This document shows positions 49,854 through 60,656 of a stretch of DNA of 64,000 bases, piece after piece; position 1 is the first letter of the stretch; every line of letters starts with the position of its first letter. Source of the stretch: an uncultured Chloroflexia bacterium (GTDB lineage Bacteria > Chloroflexota > Limnocylindria > QHBO01); the NCBI GenBank assembly GCA_963825525.1, contig CAWGTN010000002.1, forward strand, positions 672,001-736,000, given 5' to 3'. Both the position numbers and the translations under genes were made by a program. The notes beneath the pieces are model-generated. The model saw only the letters and a program-made list of their open reading frames with translations, did no database searches and was not told where the DNA came from.

Positions 49854-50879
49854 ATGGCCCAGATTCTCGATGCTCGCGACGCCTCGTCCCGCCCGGTGCG
49901 CGAGCGGGTGTTCAGCGGGATCCAGCCATCGGGCGCTTCGCACCTGGGGAACTATCTCGGCGCCCAGGCGAATTTCGTCGCCCTCCAGGATCGGTTTGAC
50001 GCGATCTACGCGATCGTCGACTACCACGCGTTGACGACCGTCCATGACGGCGCGGAGCTCCGCCGACTCGCCCACGAGATGGTCCTCGACCTTCTCGCGG
50101 TCGGCCTCGACCCGGCGCGCTGCGCGCTGATCCGCCAGTCGGACGTTCCCGAGCTCGCCGAGCTGACCTGGATCTTCAACACCGTGACGCCGGTGAGCTG
50201 GGCCGAGCGGACCCCGACCTACAAGGAGAAGCGGGCCCAGGGCATCGAGAACAGCCTCGGCCTGCTCGACTACCCGATTCTTCAGGCAGCGGACATCGTG
50301 ATCTACAAGGCCACCCACGTCCCCGTGGGACGGGACCAGGCAGCCCATCTCGAGCTGTCGCGCGAGGTCGTGCGGGCCTTCAACCGCCGCTACGGACCGA
50401 TCTTCCCGGAGCCGGCGCCCGTGTTCACGGAGGCCCCGACCGTGCTCGGTCTCGACGGGCAGGCAAAGATGAGCAAGAGCGCGAACAACACGATCCCGAT
50501 CTTCGCCGAGCCGGACGAGATTCGACGACTGGTGATGAGCATGGTCACCGACCCGCAGCGCATCAAGCGCACCGACCCGGGTCGACCGGAGATCTGCAAC
50601 GTGTGCCAGCTCCATCGGTTCTTCGGCGAGGACTATCTCCAGATACAGGATGGTGAGCGGACGGCGCGTACCGGTTGCGTCGACACGAAGCAGCTCCTGG
50701 CCGAGCGGATCATCGAGTTCTTCCGGCCGATGCGCGAGGAGCGCGCCCGCATGGCGGCCGATCCGGCGCTGGTCGAGGCCACGCTTGCTGCCGGCGTCGC
50801 GAAGGTGCGGCCGATCGTCGATGCCACGATGCGCGAGGTTCGCGACGCGGTGGGCATCGGACCACACCCACAGCCATGA
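49854..50879 (+). CDS. trpS: Tryptophanyl-tRNA synthetase
   Basis: FSGIQPSG.HLGN, YPILQAADI, VPVG.DQ, KMSKS. Confidence 0.97.
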   Translation: MAQILDARDASSRPVRERVFSGIQPSGASHLGNYLGAQANFVALQDRFDAIYAIVDYHALTTVHDGAELRRLAHEMVLDLLAVGLDPARCALIRQSDVPELAELTWIFNTVTPVSWAERTPTYKEKRAQGIENSLGLLDYPILQAADIVIYKATHVPVGRDQAAHLELSREVVRAFNRRYGPIFPEPAPVFTEAPTVLGLDGQAKMSKSANNTIPIFAEPDEIRRLVMSMVTDPQRIKRTDPGRPEICNVCQLHRFFGEDYLQIQDGERTARTGCVDTKQLLAERIIEFFRPMREERARMAADPALVEATLAAGVAKVRPIVDATMREVRDAVGIGPHPQP

Positions 50880-52162
50880 GCATGAGCGGGCCGGTCTCGG
50901 GCATCGGCCCCCGCGAGCGCTGGTGGCTGGTCGTGTTCCTGGCGCTGGGGAGCGCCTACTTCGCGTTCCTCGTCGTCGAACGCATCCTGGCCCTGCTCGG
51001 CGGATTCGGGACGATCCTGCTCATCCTGTTCCTGGCATGGCTGCTGGCCTTCGTGATGTCGGCCCTCGTGGCCGGGATGACCGAGCGGTTGGACCTCCCC
51101 CGTCCGACAATCGTGGTCGGTGCGTACCTGCTGGCACTCATCGTGTTCGGCTTCGTGGTGTTCTACACCGGGGCGGCGATCACCCAGCAGGTCGCCGAGC
51201 TGGCTCGCAACTATCCTGCAGCGGAGCGAGACATCCTCCGCGTCCTTGCCGAGTGGGAGAGCGGACTCCAGCTCGGGCGCCTTCGCATCGACCTCACGGA
51301 CCTCTACGGGACCGCGCTGGCCGGGCTGGCGCAGATCGGCAGCGACCTCGTGGAGCAGGCCCAGGACATCGCCGGTGTCACCATCGCCGCCCTGGGATCG
51401 CTGCTGCTCATCATCGTCATCTCGCTCTACATGGTGATGGACTCGCAGCGCATCCTCGCGCGGCTGCGCAGCATCGTGCCACGCCGCTACCGGGACGAGG
51501 CCGACCTGCTCGAGCGCAGCATCGTTCGGGCGTTCGGTGGCTTCCTCCGCGCGCAGCTGATCCTGGCCGTGCTGCAGGCGGTGCTGGTGGCGGTCATCGG
51601 CAGCGTGTTCGGTATCCCCTACCTGTTCCTGTGGGCCACCCTGAGCGCCCTGGCCATGCTCATCCCGTTCTTCGGTCCGCCGCTGGCCCTCCTGCCCCCG
51701 ATCCTGGGCGCAGCGCTCTTCGCGGGGAGCTCCCTCATCCCGGTGGCGATCCTGTTGCTGGCCTTTCAGACGCTCATCGTCAACTGGCTCCAGCCTCGAC
51801 TCATGCGCGGAGCCCTGGGCCTCCATCCCATCCTCGTGCTGGTCGGGCTGCTGATCGGCGCCCAGGTGGCTGGCGTGTGGGGCGCGCTGTTCGGCATCCC
51901 CGTCATTGCCGTGCTGTGGGTCTTCGTCAGCTACGCGGTCTTCCGCACCGTCCCCAACGCGGCGCTCCCCGAGCGGGAGCGCCTGACCGATGTCGACGAG
52001 CACGTCATGGTGCGCGTCGCAAAGGAGCAGGTCGGCGACGAGACGCACCCGCACATCCACGTGACCCGAACGCGGCGCGCGGATGGGACCGAGCAGGTCG
52101 AGCTGAGAATGACCGATCGGGAGAACGAGGAGGGATCGGCCCCCAGCGAGGCCGGCGGCTAG
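50876..52162 (+). CDS. AI-2E family transporter
   Basis: Multi-TM; IPFFGP, LQPRLM..ALGLHP, G..GALFGIP. Confidence 0.9.
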   Translation: MSMSGPVSGIGPRERWWLVVFLALGSAYFAFLVVERILALLGGFGTILLILFLAWLLAFVMSALVAGMTERLDLPRPTIVVGAYLLALIVFGFVVFYTGAAITQQVAELARNYPAAERDILRVLAEWESGLQLGRLRIDLTDLYGTALAGLAQIGSDLVEQAQDIAGVTIAALGSLLLIIVISLYMVMDSQRILARLRSIVPRRYRDEADLLERSIVRAFGGFLRAQLILAVLQAVLVAVIGSVFGIPYLFLWATLSALAMLIPFFGPPLALLPPILGAALFAGSSLIPVAILLLAFQTLIVNWLQPRLMRGALGLHPILVLVGLLIGAQVAGVWGALFGIPVIAVLWVFVSYAVFRTVPNAALPERERLTDVDEHVMVRVAKEQVGDETHPHIHVTRTRRADGTEQVELRMTDRENEEGSAPSEAGG

Positions 52163-53295
52163 ACGGCCCGGTCGGCCCGGTCGGTCGCGAGCGGCGTGAC
52201 CTCTTCGGCGAAGTGGCACGCGCTGAGATGCCCGCCGCCCACATCGCGCAGAAGCGGCTCCTCGATCGAGCAGATCTCCTGCGCCATCGGGCAGCGCGTG
52301 TGGAACCGACAGCCCGACGGCGGGTTGGCCGGAGACGGCAGGTCACCCTTCAGCACGATCCGCTCACGACGCACGGTCGGGTCGGGAACGGGGATGGCCG
52401 ACAGGAGCGCCTTGGTATACGGGTGAGCCGGTGCGCGGTAGAGCTCGTCGGCATCCGAGAGCTCGACAATCTTGCCCAGGTACATGACGCCGACGCGGGT
52501 CGAAAGATGCTTCACCACGGCCAGGTTGTGCGCGATGAACAGGTAGGTCAGCTGGAACTCGTCCTGGAGGTCGGACAGCAGGTTGAGGACCTGAGACTGG
52601 ATGCTCACGTCCAGCGCGCTGACCGGCTCGTCGCACACGATGAAGCGAGGCCGGAGCGCCAGGGCGCGAGCGATGCCGATGCGCTGCCGCTGGCCACCGC
52701 TGAACTCGTGGGGATAGCGGTGGATGTGGGCCTGGTTGAGCCCGACCCGCTTCAACAGCTCGCGGACCGCGGACTCCCGCTCCTTCTTGTTCGTCATGCC
52801 ATGGACGTACAGCCCCTCGCCCACGATCTCGCCAACGCTCATCCGTGGGTTCAGGCTGGCGTACGGATCCTGGAACACGACCTGGATATCGCGTCGCGCG
52901 GCCTTCAGCTCGCGCGAGCTGAGGTCGAAGAGCGGCTTGCCCTCGAAGCTCACGCTTCCCGAGGTCGGCGGGATCAGGCGCAGGATCACCTTGCCCAGGG
53001 TGGTCTTGCCACAGCCCGACTCGCCCACCAGGCCCAGGGTCTCGCCCTCGGTCACGCTGAAGCTGACTCCATCGACCGCCCGCACAGCCCCGAGCTTGCT
53101 GATGCCAAGCAGGCCACCCCGGATATCGAAGTGCTTGACGAGGTTGTCGACCTCGAGGAGGGGGCCGCCTGAGCTCCCTCCGCGCGCGGCGGTTCGCTGT
53201 TCGCTCGACTGCCCGCTGCTCATCTGGTCGCCCTCGATCACCGCCGGCCCACCGGCGGTGGTGGCGTCGATGCGATTCGTCGCCTCGTTGTTCAT
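52159..53295 (-). CDS. oppF: Oligo/dipeptide ABC transporter ATP-binding protein
   Basis: [26 protein letters not shown]-terminal Cys motif. Confidence 0.93.
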   Translation of the reverse strand: MNNEATNRIDATTAGGPAVIEGDQMSSGQSSEQRTAARGGSSGGPLLEVDNLVKHFDIRGGLLGISKLGAVRAVDGVSFSVTEGETLGLVGESGCGKTTLGKVILRLIPPTSGSVSFEGKPLFDLSSRELKAARRDIQVVFQDPYASLNPRMSVGEIVGEGLYVHGMTNKKERESAVRELLKRVGLNQAHIHRYPHEFSGGQRQRIGIARALALRPRFIVCDEPVSALDVSIQSQVLNLLSDLQDEFQLTYLFIAHNLAVVKHLSTRVGVMYLGKIVELSDADELYRAPAHPYTKALLSAIPVPDPTVRRERIVLKGDLPSPANPPSGCRFHTRCPMAQEICSIEEPLLRDVGGGHLSACHFAEEVTPLATDRADRAV

Positions 53296-54356
53296 CGGGC
53301 GGCCACCGTCAGCGCCTCTGCGGCCTGCTCGGCCTCTGGACCCGTGGCGTCCGCCCCGACGTCCGGCGCCTCACCGGCTGGGGTGAGCCAACAGCGACTC
53401 ACGTGGCCCGGCGCGACCTCCTGGTAGGGAGGCGGGGTGTCGCAGATCTTCATCCGGTTCGGGCAGCGGCGCTTGAAGAGGCACCCCTCCGGCAGGTTGA
53501 GCGGCGACGGCACGGTGCCCTTGATGACCTGGAGCCGCTCGCGCCGCTCGTCGAGCCGTGGAATCGAAAGCAGCAGTCCCTGGGTGTACGGATGGTGCGG
53601 CGACCCGAAGACCGTCCGCACGTCCGCCCGTTCAACCACCTTGCCGGCGTACATGACGACAACCTCGTCGGCCATCTCGGCCACCACACCGAGATCGTGG
53701 GTGATGAGCATGATCGCCATCCGGTTCTTCTCGCGAAGGTCGCGCATGACCTCGAGGATCTGGGCCTGGATCGTGACGTCGAGCGCGGTCGTCGGCTCGT
53801 CGGCGATCAGCAGGTCCGGATTCGTCGACAGAGCCATGGCGATCATGACTCGCTGGCGCATACCGCCGGACAGCTGATGGGGGTGTTCGGCGGCCCGGCG
53901 CTTGGCATCCGGGATTCCGACGACCTGGAGCATCTCGACGGCGCGATCCCAGGCCTCACGGCGGCTGACCGCCGTGTGCTGCTGGACGGCCTCGGCGATC
54001 TGGTCGCCACAGGTGAAGACCGGGTTGAGGCTCGTCATCGGCTCCTGGAAGATCATGCTCACCTGGTCACCCCGGATATCGCGCATGTCCGCGTCCGACT
54101 TGTCGAGCAGGTTCTCGCCGTTGAGCCGAATCTCGCCGGCCACGATCTGGCCGGGCCGCTCGATGAGCCGCATGACGCTCAGGCTGGTGATGCTCTTCCC
54201 GCAGCCGGACTCGCCCACCACCCCGAGCGTCTGGCCATGGCCGATCTCGAACGTCACATCATCGACGGCCTTCACCACCCCGTCCTGGGTGAAGAAGTGA
54301 GTCTTGATGCCCTTGATCTCGAGAAGCGGGCCCGCATTGCGCGCGGTCAGCGTCAC
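53292..54356 (-). CDS. oppD: Oligo/dipeptide ABC transporter ATP-binding protein
   Basis: [26 protein letters not shown]. Confidence 0.93.
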   Translation of the reverse strand: MTLTARNAGPLLEIKGIKTHFFTQDGVVKAVDDVTFEIGHGQTLGVVGESGCGKSITSLSVMRLIERPGQIVAGEIRLNGENLLDKSDADMRDIRGDQVSMIFQEPMTSLNPVFTCGDQIAEAVQQHTAVSRREAWDRAVEMLQVVGIPDAKRRAAEHPHQLSGGMRQRVMIAMALSTNPDLLIADEPTTALDVTIQAQILEVMRDLREKNRMAIMLITHDLGVVAEMADEVVVMYAGKVVERADVRTVFGSPHHPYTQGLLLSIPRLDERRERLQVIKGTVPSPLNLPEGCLFKRRCPNRMKICDTPPPYQEVAPGHVSRCWLTPAGEAPDVGADATGPEAEQAAEALTVAAR

Positions 54357-55315
54357 TTCTCTACCCGCTGGCGGGGATCGAGCGCATCGCGCAGGCCGTC
54401 ACCCAGGAAGCTCGCCGACAACACGATGAGGATGAGGACTACCCCCGGATAAACGACCTTCAGCGGGCCGCTGAAGAAGTATTCGCGGGCATTCTGCAAC
54501 ATCGTGCCCAGGCTCGCGCTGTCGCGCCCGATGCCGAAGCCCAGGAAGCTCAGCGCCGATTCGACGACCACCGAGTCGGCGATGCCCAGGGTCGCGGCGA
54601 CGACGATCGGCGCCATGGCCGGCGGCAGCATGTGCCGCAGCATGATCCGCTGCGGCGAGGCACCGAGGGCGCGCGCCGCCTGGACGTAGTCGACCTCGCG
54701 CAGGCTCAGGAACTCCGCTCGCACGAGCCGTGCCGCGGTCGTCCAGCCCGTCAATCCGATCGCGAAGACCACCACCCACACGTTTCCCTGCCCGAAGAAG
54801 GCAGTGATCATGAGAATGATGAACAGGCCGGGTAACGACAACATGATGTCGACGAAGCGCATGAGAAGGTTGTCGAGCCACCCTCCCACGTACCCGGCGA
54901 TCGAGCCGATGAACACGCCGATGACCACGATGATGATCACGGCCGCCAGGCCGATCGTCAGCGACGTCTGGGTCGCCTTTCCGAGACGCGCGAACAGGTT
55001 CTGCCCGTACTCGTTGTAGCCAAGGATGGCGAACGTGAAGTCCCCGTCCTCGTTGAAGAGCTCCGGCGGCGCATCGTCGCGGAAGAGCTGCGTCTTCTGC
55101 CATGCGTCGCCGGTGACGGTCGGCACGATGATCGCGTAGGTGGCGAGGATGATCAGCATGACCACGGCGAACACCGCGAGCCGATGCTTGAGGAAGCGCT
55201 GCCGCACCAGCTGCCAGTACGTCCTGACGGGCGTGCGGTCGATCTCGGCCGAGTCGGCCTCCGCCTCTTCTGCGCGCCGTCGCTCGATCTCGGCGGCGGT
55301 GGTGTCGCTGACCAT
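54353..55315 (-). CDS. oppC: Oligopeptide ABC permease
   Basis: LMRFVD, YVQAARALGA, LSFLGFG, GDGLRDALDP. Confidence 0.93.
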   Translation of the reverse strand: MVSDTTAAEIERRRAEEAEADSAEIDRTPVRTYWQLVRQRFLKHRLAVFAVVMLIILATYAIIVPTVTGDAWQKTQLFRDDAPPELFNEDGDFTFAILGYNEYGQNLFARLGKATQTSLTIGLAAVIIIVVIGVFIGSIAGYVGGWLDNLLMRFVDIMLSLPGLFIILMITAFFGQGNVWVVVFAIGLTGWTTAARLVRAEFLSLREVDYVQAARALGASPQRIMLRHMLPPAMAPIVVAATLGIADSVVVESALSFLGFGIGRDSASLGTMLQNAREYFFSGPLKVVYPGVVLILIVLSASFLGDGLRDALDPRQRVEK

Positions 55316-55327
55316 CTCGAGCGTCCT

Positions 55328-56299
55328 CTAGTACTTGATGCGGGGATCGACCACGCCGTACAGGATGTCGGCGAGGAGGTTGCCCATCACGACCCCGAAG
55401 CCGCCCACCATCACGAAGGCGAGGACGACCGGGTAGTCGCGCTGGGTGACGGCAGTCACGCCAAGCAGCCCGAGACCGGGCCAGCTGAAGATGGTCTCGG
55501 TGATGACGGCGCCCGAGAGCAGGCCGGGAAGAGTCAGCCCGAACAGTGTGATGACGGGGATGAGCGCGTTGCGCAGCGCGTGCTTGTACGTGACCTTCGC
55601 CGAGCTGAGGCCCTTGGCCTTTGCGGTCCGGACGTAGTCCTGGTTCAGGACTTCGAGCATCTTGGCGCGCACGTAGCGGCTCCACCCGGCGATCTGCTGG
55701 ATGGCGAGCGACGTCACGGGTAACACCATGTGCCACGCAACGTCGAGCGGAGTTCCTCGGCCCTCGGTCCCTGGAAGGCTGACCATCCCGAATCCCGGGA
55801 AGAGCCCGCGGAACACGACCGTGCCGAGATAGGCGATGTAGAGGCCGAGAAGGAATGACGGGATCGCGTAGCCGATGGTGGCGAAGGTCGTGATCGCCTT
55901 GTCGGCCCAGCTGTACTGGCGGACCGCGGCGAGGATTCCGATCGGGATGGCGACGACGATGGTGATGAGAAGTGCCGTGCCGCCGAGCAGCAGGGTGGCG
56001 GGCATGCGGTCGACCAGGGTGTCACGGACGGAACGCCCGTCGACGAGGCTGTAGCCCCACGCTTCGACGTTCCAGAACTGCACGAACGCGGTGATCCAGC
56101 GCACGAACTGTTCCCACCACGGCTTGTCCAGGCCGTAGAGCCGAATCAGATTCTCGAGGGTCTCGGGACGCACGTTGGGAGTCCGAAAGCGGTCGATCGG
56201 GCTCCCAGGGGCAAGCTGGATGATGGCAAAGCTGACCAGCGCGACACCGAACAGGATCGGGATCGACTGCAGCGTTCGTCGGAGGATATAGGTTGCCAT
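55328..56299 (-). CDS. oppB: Oligopeptide ABC permease
   Basis: YGLDKP, DYVRTAKAKGL, HALRNA, ETIFSWPGLG, DPRI. Confidence 0.93.
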   Translation of the reverse strand: MATYILRRTLQSIPILFGVALVSFAIIQLAPGSPIDRFRTPNVRPETLENLIRLYGLDKPWWEQFVRWITAFVQFWNVEAWGYSLVDGRSVRDTLVDRMPATLLLGGTALLITIVVAIPIGILAAVRQYSWADKAITTFATIGYAIPSFLLGLYIAYLGTVVFRGLFPGFGMVSLPGTEGRGTPLDVAWHMVLPVTSLAIQQIAGWSRYVRAKMLEVLNQDYVRTAKAKGLSSAKVTYKHALRNALIPVITLFGLTLPGLLSGAVITETIFSWPGLGLLGVTAVTQRDYPVVLAFVMVGGFGVVMGNLLADILYGVVDPRIKY

Positions 56300-56416
56300 G
56301 TCTCTGGGCCCCTGCTCCCTCTATCCGTTGTCCCGTCCACTCTTCGGCGGGCATCCGCGCCAGAGCGGGAATTGTGCCAGACGGAAGCCCGCTCGCGGGC
56401 CTCGGATGATGGGGTG

Positions 56417-56452
56417 GACCGCTGGTGGCACCCGGGGGTGCCACCAGCGGTC
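56417..56452 (-). terminator. Long perfect hairpin downstream of the SBP gene
   Basis: GACCGCTGGTGGCACCC-GG-GGGTGCCACCAGCGGTC. Confidence 0.75.
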
Positions 56453-56487
56453 GCGGTCAATCGGACCTGAGTTGCCGGTCGATCCGG

Positions 56488-58527
56488 TTACTCAGAAACG
56501 AGCAGGGTCTCGAGCTGCCAGTGCCACAGCGGTGACCCCAGCTGAAGCTCGCCGGCATTGCTCTGCAGGTTGGCGTTGAGCGCCTCGCGCGCAACGTCAG
56601 ACCATGCGAACAGGTACGGCTGCTCGTCGAACATGATCTGCTCGAACTCCTGGTAGATCGCTGCTCGCTCGTCCTGGTTGCTGGTAACCAGGCCCTCGTC
56701 GATCAGGCGGTCCGCCTCGTCGTTCTGGAAGCAGATGTAGTTGTAGAGCTCAGGAGCGTCTTCCGTCGTGCACTGGCTCGAGTGGAAGAGGCTGAACGGA
56801 TCGGGGTCGAGGCTCGTGCCCCAGCCACCGAAGTACGCGTCATAGGGCTCCGTCGCGTTCGGCGGAATGTGCGGGAAGGTCAGGAGCGGCAGCAGCACCG
56901 TCGCGAAGTCGCCTTCGATGACGTTGAGGGTCATGCCGCAGTCGACCACCTGGTCTCGCAACAGCTCCATGAACGCGATGCGGTCCGGACGGCCAGCACG
57001 CACGTAGACATCGGTCTCGAACGTTGCACCGTCGCGGGTGGCAGGCCCGGTGGCATTGCCTTCCGCATCGGTCTCGACCGTCCATCCAGCCTCCTCGAGG
57101 AAGCCGATGGCGGCAGCGACGTCACGCTCGACGGGCTGCAGGTCGGGGTTGTATGCCCACGAGGCCGGCGGGATGTCGGCTTCGATCGGCACGCCCTGGC
57201 CGTTGGTCGCCTGGTCGACGGTGGCCGCCTTGTCGATGCAGTACTGCACCGCCTTGCGGGCGCCGAGATCGGCGAACAGCCGGCCTTCGCGCAGGTTGTA
57301 CTGGAGGCCGAAGTAGCCGAAGTCCGGATACTCGGCGAACTGGAGGTTCGGGTCGTCCTTGAGCGCGTCATAGGCATCCGCGGTCAGGGAATACTTCCAG
57401 TCGACCTGACCTGCCTGCACGGCGTTCGCACCCTGGATGTCATCGGTGATGATCGGCATCACGATGGTCTCCGTGGCGGGTGCGCCACCGTAGTAGTCCG
57501 CATAGGCGGTCAGGGTCAGGCTCTCGCCCGGCTGCAGGCAGCCCGGCTCGCACATCCAGGGACCGGTGCCGACCGGCTCGGTGTTGAAGGAGAGCAGCGG
57601 GTAGGTCGCCGCGATGGCATCGATGCCCTCGCTCTCCTGCGTCACCTGGATCTGGCTCAGGAGGTCGCCCAGTGCTGTGGCGTAGTCACACGGGACGAAC
57701 TCGTCGCCCGCGTCACCGCCGGTGTTGAAGTCGTCCCGGTTCGGCAGCTCCACGCCGGCATCCCCGATGACGCTCTCGGCGTCGGCGGCGGCCGCTTCGC
57801 AGACCGCCGGATCTGCCTCAAACGTGTCCTCTTCGCCTTCCGGGGCAACCGTCGCCGCGGTGATCGCATCCGCAGCGGCAGCAACTGCCGCCGGATCGGC
57901 ACCCTCGGCCGCGCCTGCGAAGTCATCGTAGGCAGCCGTGACGACGGCCTCCGAGTCGATCGCAATGCCCGGCAGGATGACCGTCGCGAACGGCGCGTAC
58001 GGCTCGATCAAGGTGAACTCGACCGTCTTGTCATCGACCGCGGTGGCCGACTCGAGGAACGGCCCGAGGCAGATCGACGGGTTCAGCCGGCAGTTGTCGC
58101 TCTTTGCGATGTTGTAGGTGAAGACGACGTCCGCCGCGGTGACCGGATCACCGTTGTGGAACGTTGCGTCCTGCAGGGTGCAGGTCCACGTGATCTCGTC
58201 CTCGCTCGTCTCGCAGAGGTCTGCGGCGAGGTCCGGAACCGGCGTCAGCGACTCGTCGTACTGATAGAGGCCAGTGCCGATGAACTGGTAGGCCTCGGAT
58301 GTCGGAACGTCCGAATTGGCGTTCGACAAGGTGGTGATCTGGCCGTCGACGATCATCGTGATCGTTCCGGTGCCGGTACCACCGTCGCTCGGATCGGCCG
58401 ACGTCCCGGGTCCCTCGGACTCGGGTGCATCGGTCGCTCCGGAGTCACCTGGCTGCGTTCCACACGCCGCCAGGACGAGCGCTCCGGAGAAGAGGAACGC
58501 CAATGCGTTCCATCTGGTCCGTCTCAT
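56488..58527 (-). CDS. oppA: Family 5 peptide ABC substrate-binding lipoprotein
   Basis: Lipobox LAAC, PDLA, FHNGDPVTAADVVFT, PVGTGPW. Confidence 0.92.
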   Translation of the reverse strand: MRRTRWNALAFLFSGALVLAACGTQPGDSGATDAPESEGPGTSADPSDGGTGTGTITMIVDGQITTLSNANSDVPTSEAYQFIGTGLYQYDESLTPVPDLAADLCETSEDEITWTCTLQDATFHNGDPVTAADVVFTYNIAKSDNCRLNPSICLGPFLESATAVDDKTVEFTLIEPYAPFATVILPGIAIDSEAVVTAAYDDFAGAAEGADPAAVAAAADAITAATVAPEGEEDTFEADPAVCEAAAADAESVIGDAGVELPNRDDFNTGGDAGDEFVPCDYATALGDLLSQIQVTQESEGIDAIAATYPLLSFNTEPVGTGPWMCEPGCLQPGESLTLTAYADYYGGAPATETIVMPIITDDIQGANAVQAGQVDWKYSLTADAYDALKDDPNLQFAEYPDFGYFGLQYNLREGRLFADLGARKAVQYCIDKAATVDQATNGQGVPIEADIPPASWAYNPDLQPVERDVAAAIGFLEEAGWTVETDAEGNATGPATRDGATFETDVYVRAGRPDRIAFMELLRDQVVDCGMTLNVIEGDFATVLLPLLTFPHIPPNATEPYDAYFGGWGTSLDPDPFSLFHSSQCTTEDAPELYNYICFQNDEADRLIDEGLVTSNQDERAAIYQEFEQIMFDEQPYLFAWSDVAREALNANLQSNAGELQLGSPLWHWQLETLLVSE

Positions 58528-58608
58528 TACTCCCTCCAGTGATGGGGATGTACGGTGAATGGGGTCGCGCACGGCCTGATACCGCGGCGGGAGCCCAACG
58601 GGCAGTGG

Positions 58609-58614
58609 ATTATA
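58609..58614 (-). promoter_or_regulatory. -10 box of the opp operon within a short palindrome
   Basis: TATAAT on the minus strand inside GGATTATATCC; no clear -35. Confidence 0.45.
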
Positions 58615-58716
58615 TCCGCTTGTCCACCTCCTTGAAGGTCCGTTGATCAGCTGGGCGAATCAAGCTCGGAAACACCGCCCGCTTCGGGGCAGCAGCACCC
58701 CATCCCCCGTTGGGTG

Positions 58717-59556
58717 TCATCTCTTCATACCACGCGACTGCGCAGAAGGTTCAATCTGGCGCTCAATCCCGGCCCGAGGCACCAGGAAGCGGCGTCCATC
58801 GTCCGTGTGCGCCTCGTCGACGGCGACGCCGAAGGCCTCCCGAACGAGGTCGGGCCGCAGGACGACCTCCGGGGGTCCGTCCGCCACCACCCGGCCGCCA
58901 CCCAGGACGGCGATGCGTGGCGCATGTGCCGCTGCCAGGTTGAGGTCGTGGAGGACCGCGATGACCGTCAGGCGGCGGCGCCTCCGGAGGCGGGCGACGG
59001 TCGAAAGCAGGCCGGCCTGGTGTGCGATGTCCAGGTGGAGTGTCGGCTCGTCGAGCAGAAGCAGCTCGGGTTCCTGCGCCAGAGCCATGGCCACGATGAC
59101 CCGCTGACGCTCACCGCCGGAGAGTTCGTCGGCGCGCCGCTCCGCGAGGTCGGTTGCATCGGCGTCGGCCAGTGCGCGCTCGACTGACTCGGCATCGCTC
59201 GCCGATGCGCCGAGCCAGCGAGTGGCGTGCGGCGCGCGCCCCATCTCGACCAGCTCGGCCACCCGGAACCCGTCCGGGAGCGTGAGCGACTGCGGGAGGA
59301 CGGCCACTCGGCGCGCCAACGCCTGGCGCGTCCATGCCCCGATGTCGCGGTCGAACAGCGTGATACGTCCGGCATCGGGGCGCAGTGTTCCGGCGATGGC
59401 ACGCAGGAGGGTCGTCTTGCCGCTGCCGTTCGGCCCCAGCAGCGCGACGAACTCCCCCGCCTCGACCGTCAATGCGAGCCCGCGCAGCACGGGGCGACGC
59501 GCATCGTCGGCCTCGTACGAGACCTCGAGATCCCGGATCTCGACGACCGCGGTCAT
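58717..59556 (-). CDS. btuD: Cobalamin/iron-chelate ABC ATP-binding protein
   Basis: GPNGSGKTT, LSGGERQR, DEPT.HLD, LHDLNLA; under a B12 riboswitch. Confidence 0.88.
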   Translation of the reverse strand: MTAVVEIRDLEVSYEADDARRPVLRGLALTVEAGEFVALLGPNGSGKTTLLRAIAGTLRPDAGRITLFDRDIGAWTRQALARRVAVLPQSLTLPDGFRVAELVEMGRAPHATRWLGASASDAESVERALADADATDLAERRADELSGGERQRVIVAMALAQEPELLLLDEPTLHLDIAHQAGLLSTVARLRRRRRLTVIAVLHDLNLAAAHAPRIAVLGGGRVVADGPPEVVLRPDLVREAFGVAVDEAHTDDGRRFLVPRAGIERQIEPSAQSRGMKR

Positions 59557-60653
59557 GCGCTGACCGGCACGCCCGTCCGGCGTGATCGGCGGAGCAGCCA
59601 CAGGAAGAAGGGGGCGCCGACGAAGGCGGTGACGACGCCGACCGGAATCCCGCCGGCGAGTCGCGCCCCGAGGTCCGCCAGCACCAGCAGGGTGGCGCCC
59701 ACCACGGCGCTGGCGGGCAGCAGAAGCCGATGATCCGGCCCGATCAGCAGCCGCAGGAGGTGCGGGACCACGAGGCCCACGAACCCGATGGTGCCGGAGA
59801 TGGCGACCGCAGCCGAGGTCGCAAGGGTGGCGAGCAGCGTCAATGCCAACTTCTCGCGCCCGATGTCGAGCCCGAGGTGAGCCGCCGGCGCATCTCCCAG
59901 GCTCAGCAGGTTGAGGCTGCGCCACCGGGCAACGAGGGCCACGAAGACCGCCGCCACCACCGGAGCGGCGATCGCCAGGTCGATCCAGCTCACGGCGGCC
60001 AGCGAACCCATCAGCCACGAGAAGATTGCGGCCAGGGCCCGGCCGGACGAGATCATCAGCAGCGCAACGCCGGCGGCCAGCAACGACGAGATCGCGTAAC
60101 CGGTCAGCAACAGCGTGACCGACGGCAGCTGGCCGCCGCTGCGGGCGACGGCGATCACCACGAGGACGGTGACGGTGCCGCCGACGAACGCGAGTATCTG
60201 GACGATCCCCAGCCCCAGCCACACACTGCCGATGCCGATCGCCAGGCCCGGCACGAGGAGCGGCAACGCAATCCCGGCGGTGGCGCCGAGCGATGCTCCC
60301 GCGGCGGTGCCGATGATGTACGGGTCCGCCATGGGGTTGCGCAGGACGGCCTGGAAGACGGTCCCCGCACAGGCGAGTCCGGCGCCGACCACCATGGCAC
60401 CGAGGACGCGGGGAAGCCGCAGGTCGACCACGATGGTCTGGACGCTATCGCTGATCCCCGCGCCGGTGCCGATGCCGAGCAGCCGATGGGCCAGGATGCG
60501 GATGACCTCGTCCGGCGCGATCGCGACGCTTCCGAGCCCGACGGCAACGATCATGGCCGCCACCAGGAGTGCGAGGCTGCCGCCCAGGACCATCCCGGTC
60601 CGGGCCAGCGCTGGGCCGCGGACCAGGGGACGCGGCGCGACGCCGGCACGCAT
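59553..60653 (-). CDS. btuC: Cobalamin ABC permease (FecCD family)
   Basis: LRLPR, RNPMADP, IGFVGLVVPH, PVGVVTA..GAPFF. Confidence 0.88.
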   Translation of the reverse strand: MRAGVAPRPLVRGPALARTGMVLGGSLALLVAAMIVAVGLGSVAIAPDEVIRILAHRLLGIGTGAGISDSVQTIVVDLRLPRVLGAMVVGAGLACAGTVFQAVLRNPMADPYIIGTAAGASLGATAGIALPLLVPGLAIGIGSVWLGLGIVQILAFVGGTVTVLVVIAVARSGGQLPSVTLLLTGYAISSLLAAGVALLMISSGRALAAIFSWLMGSLAAVSWIDLAIAAPVVAAVFVALVARWRSLNLLSLGDAPAAHLGLDIGREKLALTLLATLATSAAVAISGTIGFVGLVVPHLLRLLIGPDHRLLLPASAVVGATLLVLADLGARLAGGIPVGVVTAFVGAPFFLWLLRRSRRTGVPVSA

Positions 60654-60656
60654 CGG

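Noticed and set aside
49008-50867. Apparent 619-aa BirA fusion
   Set aside because: The N-terminal ~360 aa is the antisense of trpS; BirA similarity starts near 49790
50650-53172. 840-aa plus-strand ORF
   Set aside because: Off-frame to the AI-2E transporter and antisense to oppF; low-complexity Arg/Pro/Gly translation
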